Below, piece after piece: positions 9,962-18,274 of a DNA stretch of 64,000 bases. A program made the translations under genes and the position numbers. Origin of the DNA: an uncultured Candidatus Binatia bacterium (GTDB lineage: Bacteria; Desulfobacterota; Binatia; Bin18). The notes under the pieces are model-generated. The model did no database searches, had not been told where the DNA came from, and saw only the letters and a program-made list of their open reading frames with translations. Each line of letters begins with the position of its first letter. Positions within the stretch are counted from its first letter, which is position 1. Location of the stretch: positions 576,001 to 640,000 of the forward strand of contig OZ241744.1 in NCBI GenBank assembly GCA_965200965.1, written 5' to 3'.

Positions 9962-9973
9962 CCATCCGGGCAA

Positions 9974-10906
9974 TTGAAAAATACCGAAAGCCGGAAACCG
10001 GCATCAGGGATTAAGGAGGAAAGTATGAAAAAGTCGAAGCGGGGAATGAACTCGTATCTCCTGTGGATAATGCTCGCCGCTCCCATATCTCTTGTTGTCA
10101 CATTTCTGACTGGTTGTGGGGAATCACAAACAGAAGAACTGCGGGCGCAAGCAGAGCAGAAAAAAGGGTCTATTTTGAGAAACGTTCTTCGCCCGGAATT
10201 GTTCGGAAGGACTGACAAAGCCATCCATGAAGAAATCGATCTGGCATTCGAGCCAATATATTCAGGAGTTCCTGAATTTCTCAATTGGCATTATTCCGTC
10301 CTCGGACAGTATCAGCAGCTCAGCGCCGCTGTTCTCGGGGAGTCGGAAAGCGAAGCGAAATCACGTTTATTTTCAGGCGTAAATGAACGGCTCGAAAGCG
10401 CGTCCGAGAAAATCGACGGGGTATTTGAGGACGAATTCCGTTCTTTGATATCGCAAAAAATACAGGACGAAGCTCAGACGGTAGACGAGGCCGCCAGGGC
10501 CACTTACGAGAGCCTGCTGAACGAAGTAATGTCGGATTCCATCCAGCGATTCAGCTCATCTGCTCCTTTCTCGGGTCACGCTGTTTCGGAATTTATTCGT
10601 AACAAAGCTGTTTTTGACCGAATTGCCAAAGAAGTGGTCAAAAAAATAGCCGCGGCAGTCGAGAAAAAAGCAGCAACAGTGGCACGGGGGGGTGCAGCAG
10701 GAGCGGCGGTACCGGTACCAGGTGGAACAGGGGTTGGAGCGATAATTGGATCAGTGGTGGCATGGCTCGGGGATGAATATTTGCCTCGGGACGAATTTGA
10801 ACAAGAACTCATTACGCTTATTGACAAGGCAAAGGCTGACCTGAAGAGTGATCTGGAATCTTCACGATCCAAGACTCTGGCCAAGGTGACCCCTGCTCAA
10901 CTCTGA
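9974..10906 (+). CDS. Hypothetical membrane-anchored or lipoprotein-like helical protein with a glycine-zipper-like segment
   Basis: 310-aa ORF, AT-richer. Hydrophobic leader ending FLTGC; GGAAGAAVPVPGGTGVGAIIG segment. True start may be MKKSK at 10025 after AAGGAGG. Confidence 0.65.
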   Translation: MKNTESRKPASGIKEESMKKSKRGMNSYLLWIMLAAPISLVVTFLTGCGESQTEELRAQAEQKKGSILRNVLRPELFGRTDKAIHEEIDLAFEPIYSGVPEFLNWHYSVLGQYQQLSAAVLGESESEAKSRLFSGVNERLESASEKIDGVFEDEFRSLISQKIQDEAQTVDEAARATYESLLNEVMSDSIQRFSSSAPFSGHAVSEFIRNKAVFDRIAKEVVKKIAAAVEKKAATVARGGAAGAAVPVPGGTGVGAIIGSVVAWLGDEYLPRDEFEQELITLIDKAKADLKSDLESSRSKTLAKVTPAQL

Positions 10907-10921
10907 ACACAGGAGGGAAGT

Positions 10922-11371
10922 ATGCTGACTCGTTTATTTCACGTCAACGTGTGCGTCACCGATATGGAGCGCTCGATCAGCTTTTATGAAAAGCTGGGTT
11001 TCACCAAGGTCAACGATTTCGTCCTGGACGATCCGACCGTCGGTGATGCGCTGGGGCTCAAGGCCCGGAAGCTGCGTGGGATGTTTATGCGTTTGGGTGA
11101 CGACGAGAACGCGCCGGTGCTCGACCTGGTACAGTTCATCGATCCGCCAACGCAAGGCACGCCGTATCCGACGCTCAACAACGTTGGAATCTGCCGGATC
11201 GCCTTCACGGTGGACGACATCGACAAGACCTACGCCGAGCTGCAAGAAATGCGGGTCAACTTTGTGGCACCGCTCAAGAAGATTGACGGCCCGGGTGGAG
11301 CAAGCATTGGGGTGGTGTGCTTCAAGGACCCGGACGGGACCATCCTGGAGCTGATCAGCGGGATGGAGTGA
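10922..11371 (+). CDS. VOC/glyoxalase family protein
   Basis: HVNVCVTDMERSISFYEKLGF...RIAFTVDDID...FKDPDGTILEL. Confidence 0.92.
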   Translation: MLTRLFHVNVCVTDMERSISFYEKLGFTKVNDFVLDDPTVGDALGLKARKLRGMFMRLGDDENAPVLDLVQFIDPPTQGTPYPTLNNVGICRIAFTVDDIDKTYAELQEMRVNFVAPLKKIDGPGGASIGVVCFKDPDGTILELISGME

Positions 11372-11417
11372 TGAGATACGAAGCATGCCCGTAACGTTCC
11401 ACGAAAAAGGGGGCAGC

Positions 11418-13238
11418 ATGGAACGCAGCTTTGATCCCATTCTGGTTGAGGTGATTAAGAACGAACTGGCCTCAATTACCGAGGAGATGGCGATTGCGGT
11501 GTGGAAAACCGGCCGCTCGGCAATGGTCAAGACCGGCGACTTTGCCACCGCTGTCTGCGACGGCCAGGGCCGACTGCTCGGCCAGGGCTATGCCGCGCCG
11601 TTTCAGTTGGCGTTCTTCATGGCAATGATGCCCTACCTGCTGGAAAAGTTCGGCGGCACGTTTCAACCCGGCGACGTGGTGGTGGTCAACGACCCGTATG
11701 CCGGCGTGACCCATATGCCGGATGTGGTGATCATTGCTCCGGCCTTTTGGCGCGATCACCTCGTCGCCTTCACCCTGGCCTACTCCCACCATACCGATAT
11801 TGGCGGCCGTTTTCCGGGTGGGTTCAGCAGCCAGTGTACAGAAACCTTTGAAGAGGGCCTGCGGCTGCCGATGGTCAAGCTGTACCAGGCTGGAGAACGC
11901 AACACCGGCTTGCTGGATATAATTTTGGCCAATGTCCGGGTGTCGGATGAGTGGCTGGGCGATGTGGAAGCCAAGGTTGCCGGCTGCTGGCGGGGTGAGC
12001 AGGAACTCCGCTGCCTGCTGGATAAATATGGTCTGCCAACCTACCAATCCTCGTGCGATTATCTCATCGACTACGCCGAGCAGGCCACCCGAGCGGCGCT
12101 GCGCCAGATTCCGCCCGGAGAATATGTCCACGAAGATGTGTTTGAAGACGACGGCTTTGGCACCGAGAGTGCAGCCCTGGCCCTCAAGCTGAGCTTGCGC
12201 ATTGCCGGAGATACGCTGACCGCGGATTTTACCGGCACCAGCCCCCAGGCCAGAGGCGCGATCAACCTCCCGCTCAGCATGACCAAGGCGACGGTCTTTG
12301 GGGCGGTCAAGAGCATCGTCAGCCCGGACGTGCTGCCCAATGTCGGGTTTATCCGACCCATCACCGTGGTCGCCGAACCCGGCTCCCTGGTCAATCCCCA
12401 ATTTCCTGCCGCGGTCGGCGGCCGGGCCCCGCTGTTCTTTCGCGTGTTTGACATGCTGTTCCGCGCCCTGGCCAAGGCCCTGCCCGAGCGTGTGCCTATT
12501 CCGGGCGAGGGCGGCGATGTGTTGCACCTGACCGGACAGAAAGCCGACGGCAGGCCGTATGCCATGATGGATATCTTCTTTGGCGGCTGGGGCGGACGGC
12601 CCCACAAAGACGGCATTGACGGCGTTGCCCCCATGTCCTTCGGTTCATACGGCACTATCCCAGCCGAACTGCTGGAGCGCGAGTATCCGGTTGTTATCGA
12701 CGGCTTCGGCTATGTGCCAGACACGGCCGGGCCGGGCAAGTATCGGGGCTCCTTATCGATCTACAAGCAGTGGCGTTTTCTGCGCCCGGGCAAGGCAATG
12801 GTCCGTACCAACAGGCTGTTGCGGGCGTCTGAGGGCATGGCCGGGGGTCAGCCGGGTGGCCTGTCTACCAATATCTTGCACTCGGGCGACACCAAGCAAG
12901 AACTCCCGCGCAAAGCCCATATGCACCTGGACGTGGGGCCGGGCGACAGCATCTACCATGTTGTGTGCGCGTCCGGCGGCCACGGGAACCCCTTTGAGCG
13001 CGAGCCCGAGAAGGTCCTGACCGATGTCAAAGACGAGAAGCTGACCGTTGCCGGCGCGCGGGAGCAGTACGGGGTGGTGATCGATCCCCAAGCCGTCACA
13101 ATTGACTGGAAGCAGACGCGGGCTGTGCGCCAGGCACGTCTCGAGCCGCTGGCCGCGGTAGATCAGGATGGGAGGAGCCGCCGCCCGAACCGCCCTCCAC
13201 CGGGGGCTGCGATCCCGAGATTCGAGACGGGCGGCTAG
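11418..13238 (+). CDS. Hydantoinase B/oxoprolinase family protein
   Basis: DPILVEVIKNEL, GDVVVVNDPYAGVTHMPD, HHTDIGG, EEGLRLP, DFTGTSPQ, GPGKYRG, GGHGNPFER motifs. Confidence 0.92.
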   Translation: MERSFDPILVEVIKNELASITEEMAIAVWKTGRSAMVKTGDFATAVCDGQGRLLGQGYAAPFQLAFFMAMMPYLLEKFGGTFQPGDVVVVNDPYAGVTHMPDVVIIAPAFWRDHLVAFTLAYSHHTDIGGRFPGGFSSQCTETFEEGLRLPMVKLYQAGERNTGLLDIILANVRVSDEWLGDVEAKVAGCWRGEQELRCLLDKYGLPTYQSSCDYLIDYAEQATRAALRQIPPGEYVHEDVFEDDGFGTESAALALKLSLRIAGDTLTADFTGTSPQARGAINLPLSMTKATVFGAVKSIVSPDVLPNVGFIRPITVVAEPGSLVNPQFPAAVGGRAPLFFRVFDMLFRALAKALPERVPIPGEGGDVLHLTGQKADGRPYAMMDIFFGGWGGRPHKDGIDGVAPMSFGSYGTIPAELLEREYPVVIDGFGYVPDTAGPGKYRGSLSIYKQWRFLRPGKAMVRTNRLLRASEGMAGGQPGGLSTNILHSGDTKQELPRKAHMHLDVGPGDSIYHVVCASGGHGNPFEREPEKVLTDVKDEKLTVAGAREQYGVVIDPQAVTIDWKQTRAVRQARLEPLAAVDQDGRSRRPNRPPPGAAIPRFETGG

Positions 13239-13247
13239 TCGCCCTAC
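13229..13247 (-). repeat. GTAG-type REP-like palindrome overlapping the hydantoinase B stop
   Basis: Minus strand reads GTAGGGCGACTAGCCGCCC; GTAGGGCG also occurs in intergenic DNA at 18108 and 62452. Confidence 0.45.
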
Positions 13248-13270
13248 AGCCTGTCCTGCAAGACCCACAC

Positions 13271-13384
13271 CCCTCTCCGCTGGACATTCGTATGTGGTGA
13301 GGGATGTTCCTTCTGCAAGGGCCTTGGACGAGAAGATTTGCTGGCCCTCTCCGCTGGACATTCGTATGTGGTGAGGGATGTTCC
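13271..13384. repeat. Two identical 40-nt direct repeats separated by a 34-nt unique spacer
   Basis: CCCTCTCCGCTGGACATTCGTATGTGGTGAGGGATGTTCC at 13271-13310 and 13345-13384; internally palindromic. Confidence 0.9.
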
Positions 13385-13396
13385 CCTATGGGTGCT

Positions 13397-13822
13397 TCAG
13401 GGACTGAGGAGTTTGGAGAGCGGCTCAATCAGCCCGAGGGCCACGAGCAGCCCAACCAGGACCAGCACGATATTAAGGGTGAACCGCAGGCCGTCGAACT
13501 TGGCCTCCAAGGTCTCGAACTTGGTCTCCAGGACCTTGAAGTCGGTCTGTAATACGCTGACCTTCTCCCCCAAGGCGTCGAACCTCCCCTCCAAGATTCC
13601 GAACTTTCCTTCTAAGGCGTCGAACCGTCCCTCCAAGGCGTCGAACTTGTCCTCCAGAGTTTTGAAGTCGGTCTGTAAGGCCGTAAAGTCGGCCTTGGAG
13701 GGGAGTTGCTCGGTCAGCTCGTCGCCCAGGACCCGGGCCAGGGCTTCGGCCTGCGCTCCGGCAAAGCCTGCCTCTTTGAGGCGGTCGGCAAAGCGGAGGG
13801 TGTTGATCAGCGTCTGGCTCAT
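13397..13822 (-). CDS. DUF1640/CCDC90-like coiled-coil protein with heptad repeats and C-terminal TM helix
   Basis: NTLRFADRLKEAGFAGAQAEALA head, PSKADF neck, about 9 heptads (LEGRFDA-like 21-nt repeats), hydrophobic C-terminus. Confidence 0.8.
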   Translation of the reverse strand: MSQTLINTLRFADRLKEAGFAGAQAEALARVLGDELTEQLPSKADFTALQTDFKTLEDKFDALEGRFDALEGKFGILEGRFDALGEKVSVLQTDFKVLETKFETLEAKFDGLRFTLNIVLVLVGLLVALGLIEPLSKLLSP

Positions 13823-13897
13823 GGGCTTGTGCTCGGACCGATCGATCCTGGTCCGTACAGACTCGCTGTTGCAACTGCAATCAGGGAAAACACGCTA

Positions 13898-13946
13898 AGG
13901 ACGACTTGTCTCACCCGGTCGAGAGGAAGGCGAGACGAGTCGTCCT
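13898..13946. terminator. Long hairpin downstream of degQ
   Basis: AGGACGACTTGTCTCACC...GGCGAGACGAGTCGTCCT, 16 of 18 positions complementary. Confidence 0.45.
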
Positions 13947-14033
13947 CTGGTTCGTTGGACCAAGCTGGGGATGATCAGTGGGCGTTCAACGTAGAGTTCA
14001 TGAGCGTTTATGGATTCTCGCTTTGGCTGACAA

Positions 14034-15455
14034 TCAGCCCGATTTCTTGAGGGCGAAGAAGGAGGTAAAGGTTCCCCGACGGGCCAGGACGAGCAGGGTG
14101 TCGGTGTCTTTCTGCTCGGCGACGGCCTTGCTGAACTCCTCAACCGAGGCCACTGCTTTGCGGTTGACTTCTTCAATCACGTCGCCGGGCTGGATGCCGG
14201 CCACGGCCGCGGGGCTGCCGGGTTCGACCGCAGTCACGACCACGCCCCTGCGGTTGGTGTCAAGCTGGAACCGGCGGGCGATACCGGGGGTGATGTTCGC
14301 CACGGTCATGCCCCAGCTTTCCTGGTCGACCCAGACCGGTCTGCCGCCGGCCATCTGCTCGGGCAGTTCACCGAGTTTGACCGAGATGTCTTGTTGCTGG
14401 CCGCTACGCAGCAGGGTGACGGTTGCCTCGGAGCCAATCGGGGCTTCGGCTACCAGGGCCGGCAGGTCGCGTGAGTCGTTGATCGTCTGGCCATTAAAAG
14501 CAGTGATGACATCGCCCCGCTCCAAGCCGGACTGCTGGGCCGGTCCGCCCTCGCTGACCTCAGCAATCAACGCGCCTTTGGGCTCGTCAAGGCCAAAGGA
14601 GTCGGCCAACTCTTTGGTCACCGGCTGGATCATGACACCGAGCCAGCCACGGGTGACTTTGCCGCTCTCTCGGAGTTGGGCAATAATTGACTTGGCCTGA
14701 CCGATGGGAATGGCAAAGCCAATGCCGATATTGCCCCCGCCCTGGCTGAAGATAGCTGAGTTGATGCCGACGACCTCGCCCTTGAGGTTGAGCAGTGGGC
14801 CGCCGGAGTTACCCGGATTGATGGAGGCGTCGGTCTGAATAAAGTCGTCGTAGGGGCCGGCCCCAATCACCCGGCCTTTGGCGCTGACAATGCCGACGGT
14901 GACGGTCTGCTCCAGGCCGAACGGGTTGCCGATGGCCATCACCCAGTCCCCGACCTGGAGGGCTTCGGAATCGCCTAGGGGGATAGCGGTCAGCCGGTTG
15001 CTGGGCTCGATCTTAATCAGGGCCAGATCGGTCCGCTGGTCCGAGCCGATGACGGTTGCCTGGTATTCCTCTTTGTCTGACAGGCGAACGGTGATCTTCT
15101 CCGCCTCGCCAATGACGTGATTATTGGTGACAATGTAGCCGTCCTGGCTGATGATGAAGCCGGAGCCGAGGCTGCGGGGCTGGTCCGGCGGCGGGTCTGG
15201 AAAGAAACGCCGGAAGAACTCCTCAAACGGGTCTTCGCCGCCAAACGGGCCGGGCCGGCGTGGGCGGCTGCGGCGCTTTTGGGTGGTGGAGATATTCACC
15301 ACCGAGCGCTTGGCTTTTTTGGCGGTGTTAACCAGCGGGGGCAGGCTGCCCGGGAGGGGTAGGGCGACGGCCGGGGCTGGCTCGTGATCTGAGGCAGAGG
15401 CCGCGGGGGTGAGTGTCCAGAGCAGCAGACCAAGGGCGAGAACAGTATGACGCAT
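14034..15455 (-). CDS. degQ: Periplasmic serine endoprotease DegP/DegQ (Do family), two PDZ domains
   Basis: Signal peptide MRHTVLAL; SLGSGFII, VTNNHVI, TDLALIK, FIQTDASINPGNSGGPL; RGWLGV. Confidence 0.93.
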   Translation of the reverse strand: MRHTVLALGLLLWTLTPAASASDHEPAPAVALPLPGSLPPLVNTAKKAKRSVVNISTTQKRRSRPRRPGPFGGEDPFEEFFRRFFPDPPPDQPRSLGSGFIISQDGYIVTNNHVIGEAEKITVRLSDKEEYQATVIGSDQRTDLALIKIEPSNRLTAIPLGDSEALQVGDWVMAIGNPFGLEQTVTVGIVSAKGRVIGAGPYDDFIQTDASINPGNSGGPLLNLKGEVVGINSAIFSQGGGNIGIGFAIPIGQAKSIIAQLRESGKVTRGWLGVMIQPVTKELADSFGLDEPKGALIAEVSEGGPAQQSGLERGDVITAFNGQTINDSRDLPALVAEAPIGSEATVTLLRSGQQQDISVKLGELPEQMAGGRPVWVDQESWGMTVANITPGIARRFQLDTNRRGVVVTAVEPGSPAAVAGIQPGDVIEEVNRKAVASVEEFSKAVAEQKDTDTLLVLARRGTFTSFFALKKSG

Positions 15456-15486
15456 GATTGCTCGGCTCCTCTTGCCGGGGGCTGTT

Positions 15487-16203
15487 CTATTGCCGGCCTC
15501 GCTCGGCCTGATTACGCAGTTCGACCTGCTTGATGTAGGTCGGAATGACCGGCTCGAACTCTGGCGACAGCCGGTTGCGGATATCGGTGGCGGCGCGGGC
15601 GGCGAGCTGTTTGATTGGTTGGGACGCATCATCCTCGGCGATATTATCAAGAAAGACCAGGACTTGTTCGTTTCCCACATCGCGCAGGGCATAAATGGCG
15701 ACGCCTTTGGTGTTTTGGTCAAGACTCCGCCGCAGGAACTCAATGATGGGCTCTGCCCCGCGCGGGTCCCCGATTTTTCCCAGGGCAATCAAGACCTTCT
15801 TTTTCACTCCCATGTGGATATCTCGCAAAAAGAGCTGTTGGGCCAGAACCGGAGTGGCGTCTGTCGCCCGCAGATTGCCGAGGTATTCGATGGCTTTGAT
15901 TTTGACCCGGATGTCAATATCCGCGGTGGCGTTGACCAGATGTTCAATCGCCTCGGGGTCTTTGGAGTCGCCCAGGGATTTGACGGCTTCCAGGCGGGTT
16001 TCGGGCCGGTCGTTGTTCAAGCGCCGCACCCACTCGGTGATATTCGCCCCCTTTTTTTTGCGATCGACCCGGTCGCGGGCCCGGTCGCCGGTCATTTGGT
16101 TGCCAATTCGCTCGCCCTGGGACAGAAATTGGGCCTGGGCGAACGGTGGGGGAACGAGCCACAGCCAACTCAGGACGACACATAGAAAACCGTAGAGCAG
16201 CAT
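15487..16203 (-). CDS. Exported HEAT-repeat protein
   Basis: Signal peptide, then repeated RLEAVKSLG / KIKAIEYLGNL / KVLIALGKIGD / AIYALRDVG helices. Confidence 0.8.
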   Translation of the reverse strand: MLLYGFLCVVLSWLWLVPPPFAQAQFLSQGERIGNQMTGDRARDRVDRKKKGANITEWVRRLNNDRPETRLEAVKSLGDSKDPEAIEHLVNATADIDIRVKIKAIEYLGNLRATDATPVLAQQLFLRDIHMGVKKKVLIALGKIGDPRGAEPIIEFLRRSLDQNTKGVAIYALRDVGNEQVLVFLDNIAEDDASQPIKQLAARAATDIRNRLSPEFEPVIPTYIKQVELRNQAERGRQ

Positions 16204-16244
16204 CTCTCTGGAAGATGCCCCATTGAGGCGTGGTGTGCAAGGGG

Positions 16245-16787
16245 CTATCCAGAGAACAAGGACTCCTGCCCCTCGCGGCGAAAGACCTGGATCTCTTCTG
16301 GATACAGCCCGCCTTCGGGAATATCTTTGAGCGGGGTGCCGTCCCGCAGTCGGCCCTCGATCACCTCACGATAGGTACATACCAGGTAGCGGTGGCCGTC
16401 CCGCGGTTTGCGCGGCAGCCGAGCCTGCTCAACACGACTCTCACCGGCCGACTCTGGAGCGATAATGCGGACCACATAGCGTTTCTTCATCAGGCCCTTG
16501 AGCGCCCGGATGACAGAAGCCCGTGACAGGCCGGTCATTTCGTTGATTTCGCCATAGCCAGCGGTAATCAGCGGCGTGCGGCGCAGGCCGATCGAATGAC
16601 GCCATAAGGCCCGGTAGACTTTCCACTCACGCGGGTCCATGAGCTTGTTGAGTTCGTCTTCAAGCAGGTAGTCGGGCAGGCGGGGCGACGGTTGCCAGGG
16701 CGGACGGCGGGTGAGCTTGACCTGGACTTCGCTCCCCTCTGGTGGTGTTTGTGGGGGAGGGAGGGGTGTTGCAGCGTCTTTTGCCAT
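16245..16787 (-). CDS. Winged-HTH protein resembling phage/plasmid replication-initiator N-terminal domains
   Basis: LPDYLLEDELNKLMDPREWKVYRALWR...AGYGEINEMTGLSRASVIRALKGLMKKRYV. Confidence 0.6.
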   Translation of the reverse strand: MAKDAATPLPPPQTPPEGSEVQVKLTRRPPWQPSPRLPDYLLEDELNKLMDPREWKVYRALWRHSIGLRRTPLITAGYGEINEMTGLSRASVIRALKGLMKKRYVVRIIAPESAGESRVEQARLPRKPRDGHRYLVCTYREVIEGRLRDGTPLKDIPEGGLYPEEIQVFRREGQESLFSG

Positions 16788-16892
16788 ACGAAGTATCTCT
16801 TCCCGGCTCTCTTGACTATATTCAGTGCCCGGCAATTGCAATCCCTCGCCCGGAGTAGCCTGTGAACAGCGAGCCTGCTAAGGAATGCTGCC

Positions 16893-18050
16893 ATGAAGTT
16901 GCGTGCTATTACTGTCGGTGTGAATCCCGGGCCTCCACTCCAGAGCCAACAGATTGTCGCGGCCGGACGTTTTGCCTCAGGTCTGCGTTCCGAGTATGAA
17001 GCCGCCGGCCTTGCGGTGCAGACCCTTCGTCTGGCAACGCCTCCGTTTCCCGCCTTGCTGGGTGGTCGGACAGAGGCCGAGGTCCTGACATTTGTCAAGG
17101 ACTTGGAAGCCTGTTGTCAGGAAAACGGCATAGACTACTGCTCAATTGGGCCAGTCAATCCTCAGCGAGCCGAGGAACGGTCCTTGTTTGGGCTTGTCCC
17201 GCAGCTGATCGGCGAGACCAGCACGATTTTTACCAGCGCGGTCCTGGCTGAGACCGGCCGGCCTGTGTCGCGCTCAACAGCTCGGGCAATTGGCCAGACG
17301 ATCCAGACCATCGCCCGGACCACGGCCGACGGGTTTGGCAATCTGCGCTTTGCCGCCGTGCTTAACTGCGGCCCGCATATTCCCTTCTTCCCCGCGGCGT
17401 TTCATCATGGGCCGCCGGCGTTTTGTCTGGCTTTGGAGGCGGCCGATATTGTGGCCGCGGCCGCCCAACCCGGACAAGGGTTGGACGATTTTCGAGCCGC
17501 CTTGGTCGAAGAGTTGGAACACCAAGTCCGGCCGCTCCAGCAGCTTGCCCAGCGCCAAGGGGCGGAGTTTGTTTTTCGGGGCCTTGACCTGTCTCCGGCA
17601 CCCGGCCCCAGCCCAGAGGCGAGCATTGCCTATGCGATTGAACGTCTCGGCTTGGGCCGTTTTGGTGAGCCTGGCACTTTGGCGGCCGCGGCCCAGATTA
17701 CCGCCGCCCTCAAACAGACCCGCCTCCGCACCTGTGGGTATTGCGGCCTGATGCTACCGGTGCTCGAAGATGTCGGGCTGGCCGAGCGCAACACCCAGGG
17801 CTTGCTGCGGCTGTCAAGCCTGCTCAGCTACTCTGCGGTGTGCGGGACCGGGCTTGATACCATTCCGCTGGCCGGGGAGGTGAGTGTCGGTCAGTTGGCT
17901 GCCGTACTGAGCGATGTGGCGGCTCTGGGCTGGAAGCTGGCCAAGCCGCTGTCGGCCCGACTGCTGCCGGTCCCCGGCAAACAGGTCGGTGAGACCACCC
18001 GGTTTGACTTTGCCTATTTTGTGAATACGCGGGTGATGGCGGTGGATTAG
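16893..18050 (+). CDS. DUF711 (PFL-like) family protein
   Basis: MKLRAITVG, VQTLRLAT, FGNLRFAA, IPFFPAAFH, DLSPAP, GYCGLMLPVLED, SAVCGTGLDTIPL, KPLSARLLP. Confidence 0.88.
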   Translation: MKLRAITVGVNPGPPLQSQQIVAAGRFASGLRSEYEAAGLAVQTLRLATPPFPALLGGRTEAEVLTFVKDLEACCQENGIDYCSIGPVNPQRAEERSLFGLVPQLIGETSTIFTSAVLAETGRPVSRSTARAIGQTIQTIARTTADGFGNLRFAAVLNCGPHIPFFPAAFHHGPPAFCLALEAADIVAAAAQPGQGLDDFRAALVEELEHQVRPLQQLAQRQGAEFVFRGLDLSPAPGPSPEASIAYAIERLGLGRFGEPGTLAAAAQITAALKQTRLRTCGYCGLMLPVLEDVGLAERNTQGLLRLSSLLSYSAVCGTGLDTIPLAGEVSVGQLAAVLSDVAALGWKLAKPLSARLLPVPGKQVGETTRFDFAYFVNTRVMAVD

Positions 18051-18274
18051 ACTGCGGCTATTCCCGGTCCCCGGCTGCCCAGACGAGACCCCGACCGAAC
18101 AGGCCGTGTAGGGCGGCGAGAGTGGGCACGCTCCGCCATGCCCGTGACTGGGCCAAGGAACTGCGAAACGCCCGCTCTATTTGACTCCGGGGAGGGTTCT
18201 TCATAGGTTGGGGGCCCTCGTGCTGCGACGACATGACGCTCGTCCTGAACAGGGAGAGCAGGGAGGAATGCAAG

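Noticed and set aside
13271-13384. Formal CRISPR feature
   Set aside because: Only two repeats, no AT-rich leader or cas genes; kept as a repeat and as a finding.
18051-18270. Possible ncRNA or riboswitch in the intergenic region before the amidohydrolase
   Set aside because: No recognisable family motif; only a REP-like GTAGGGCG and a plausible promoter (TTGACT-17-TAGGTT).
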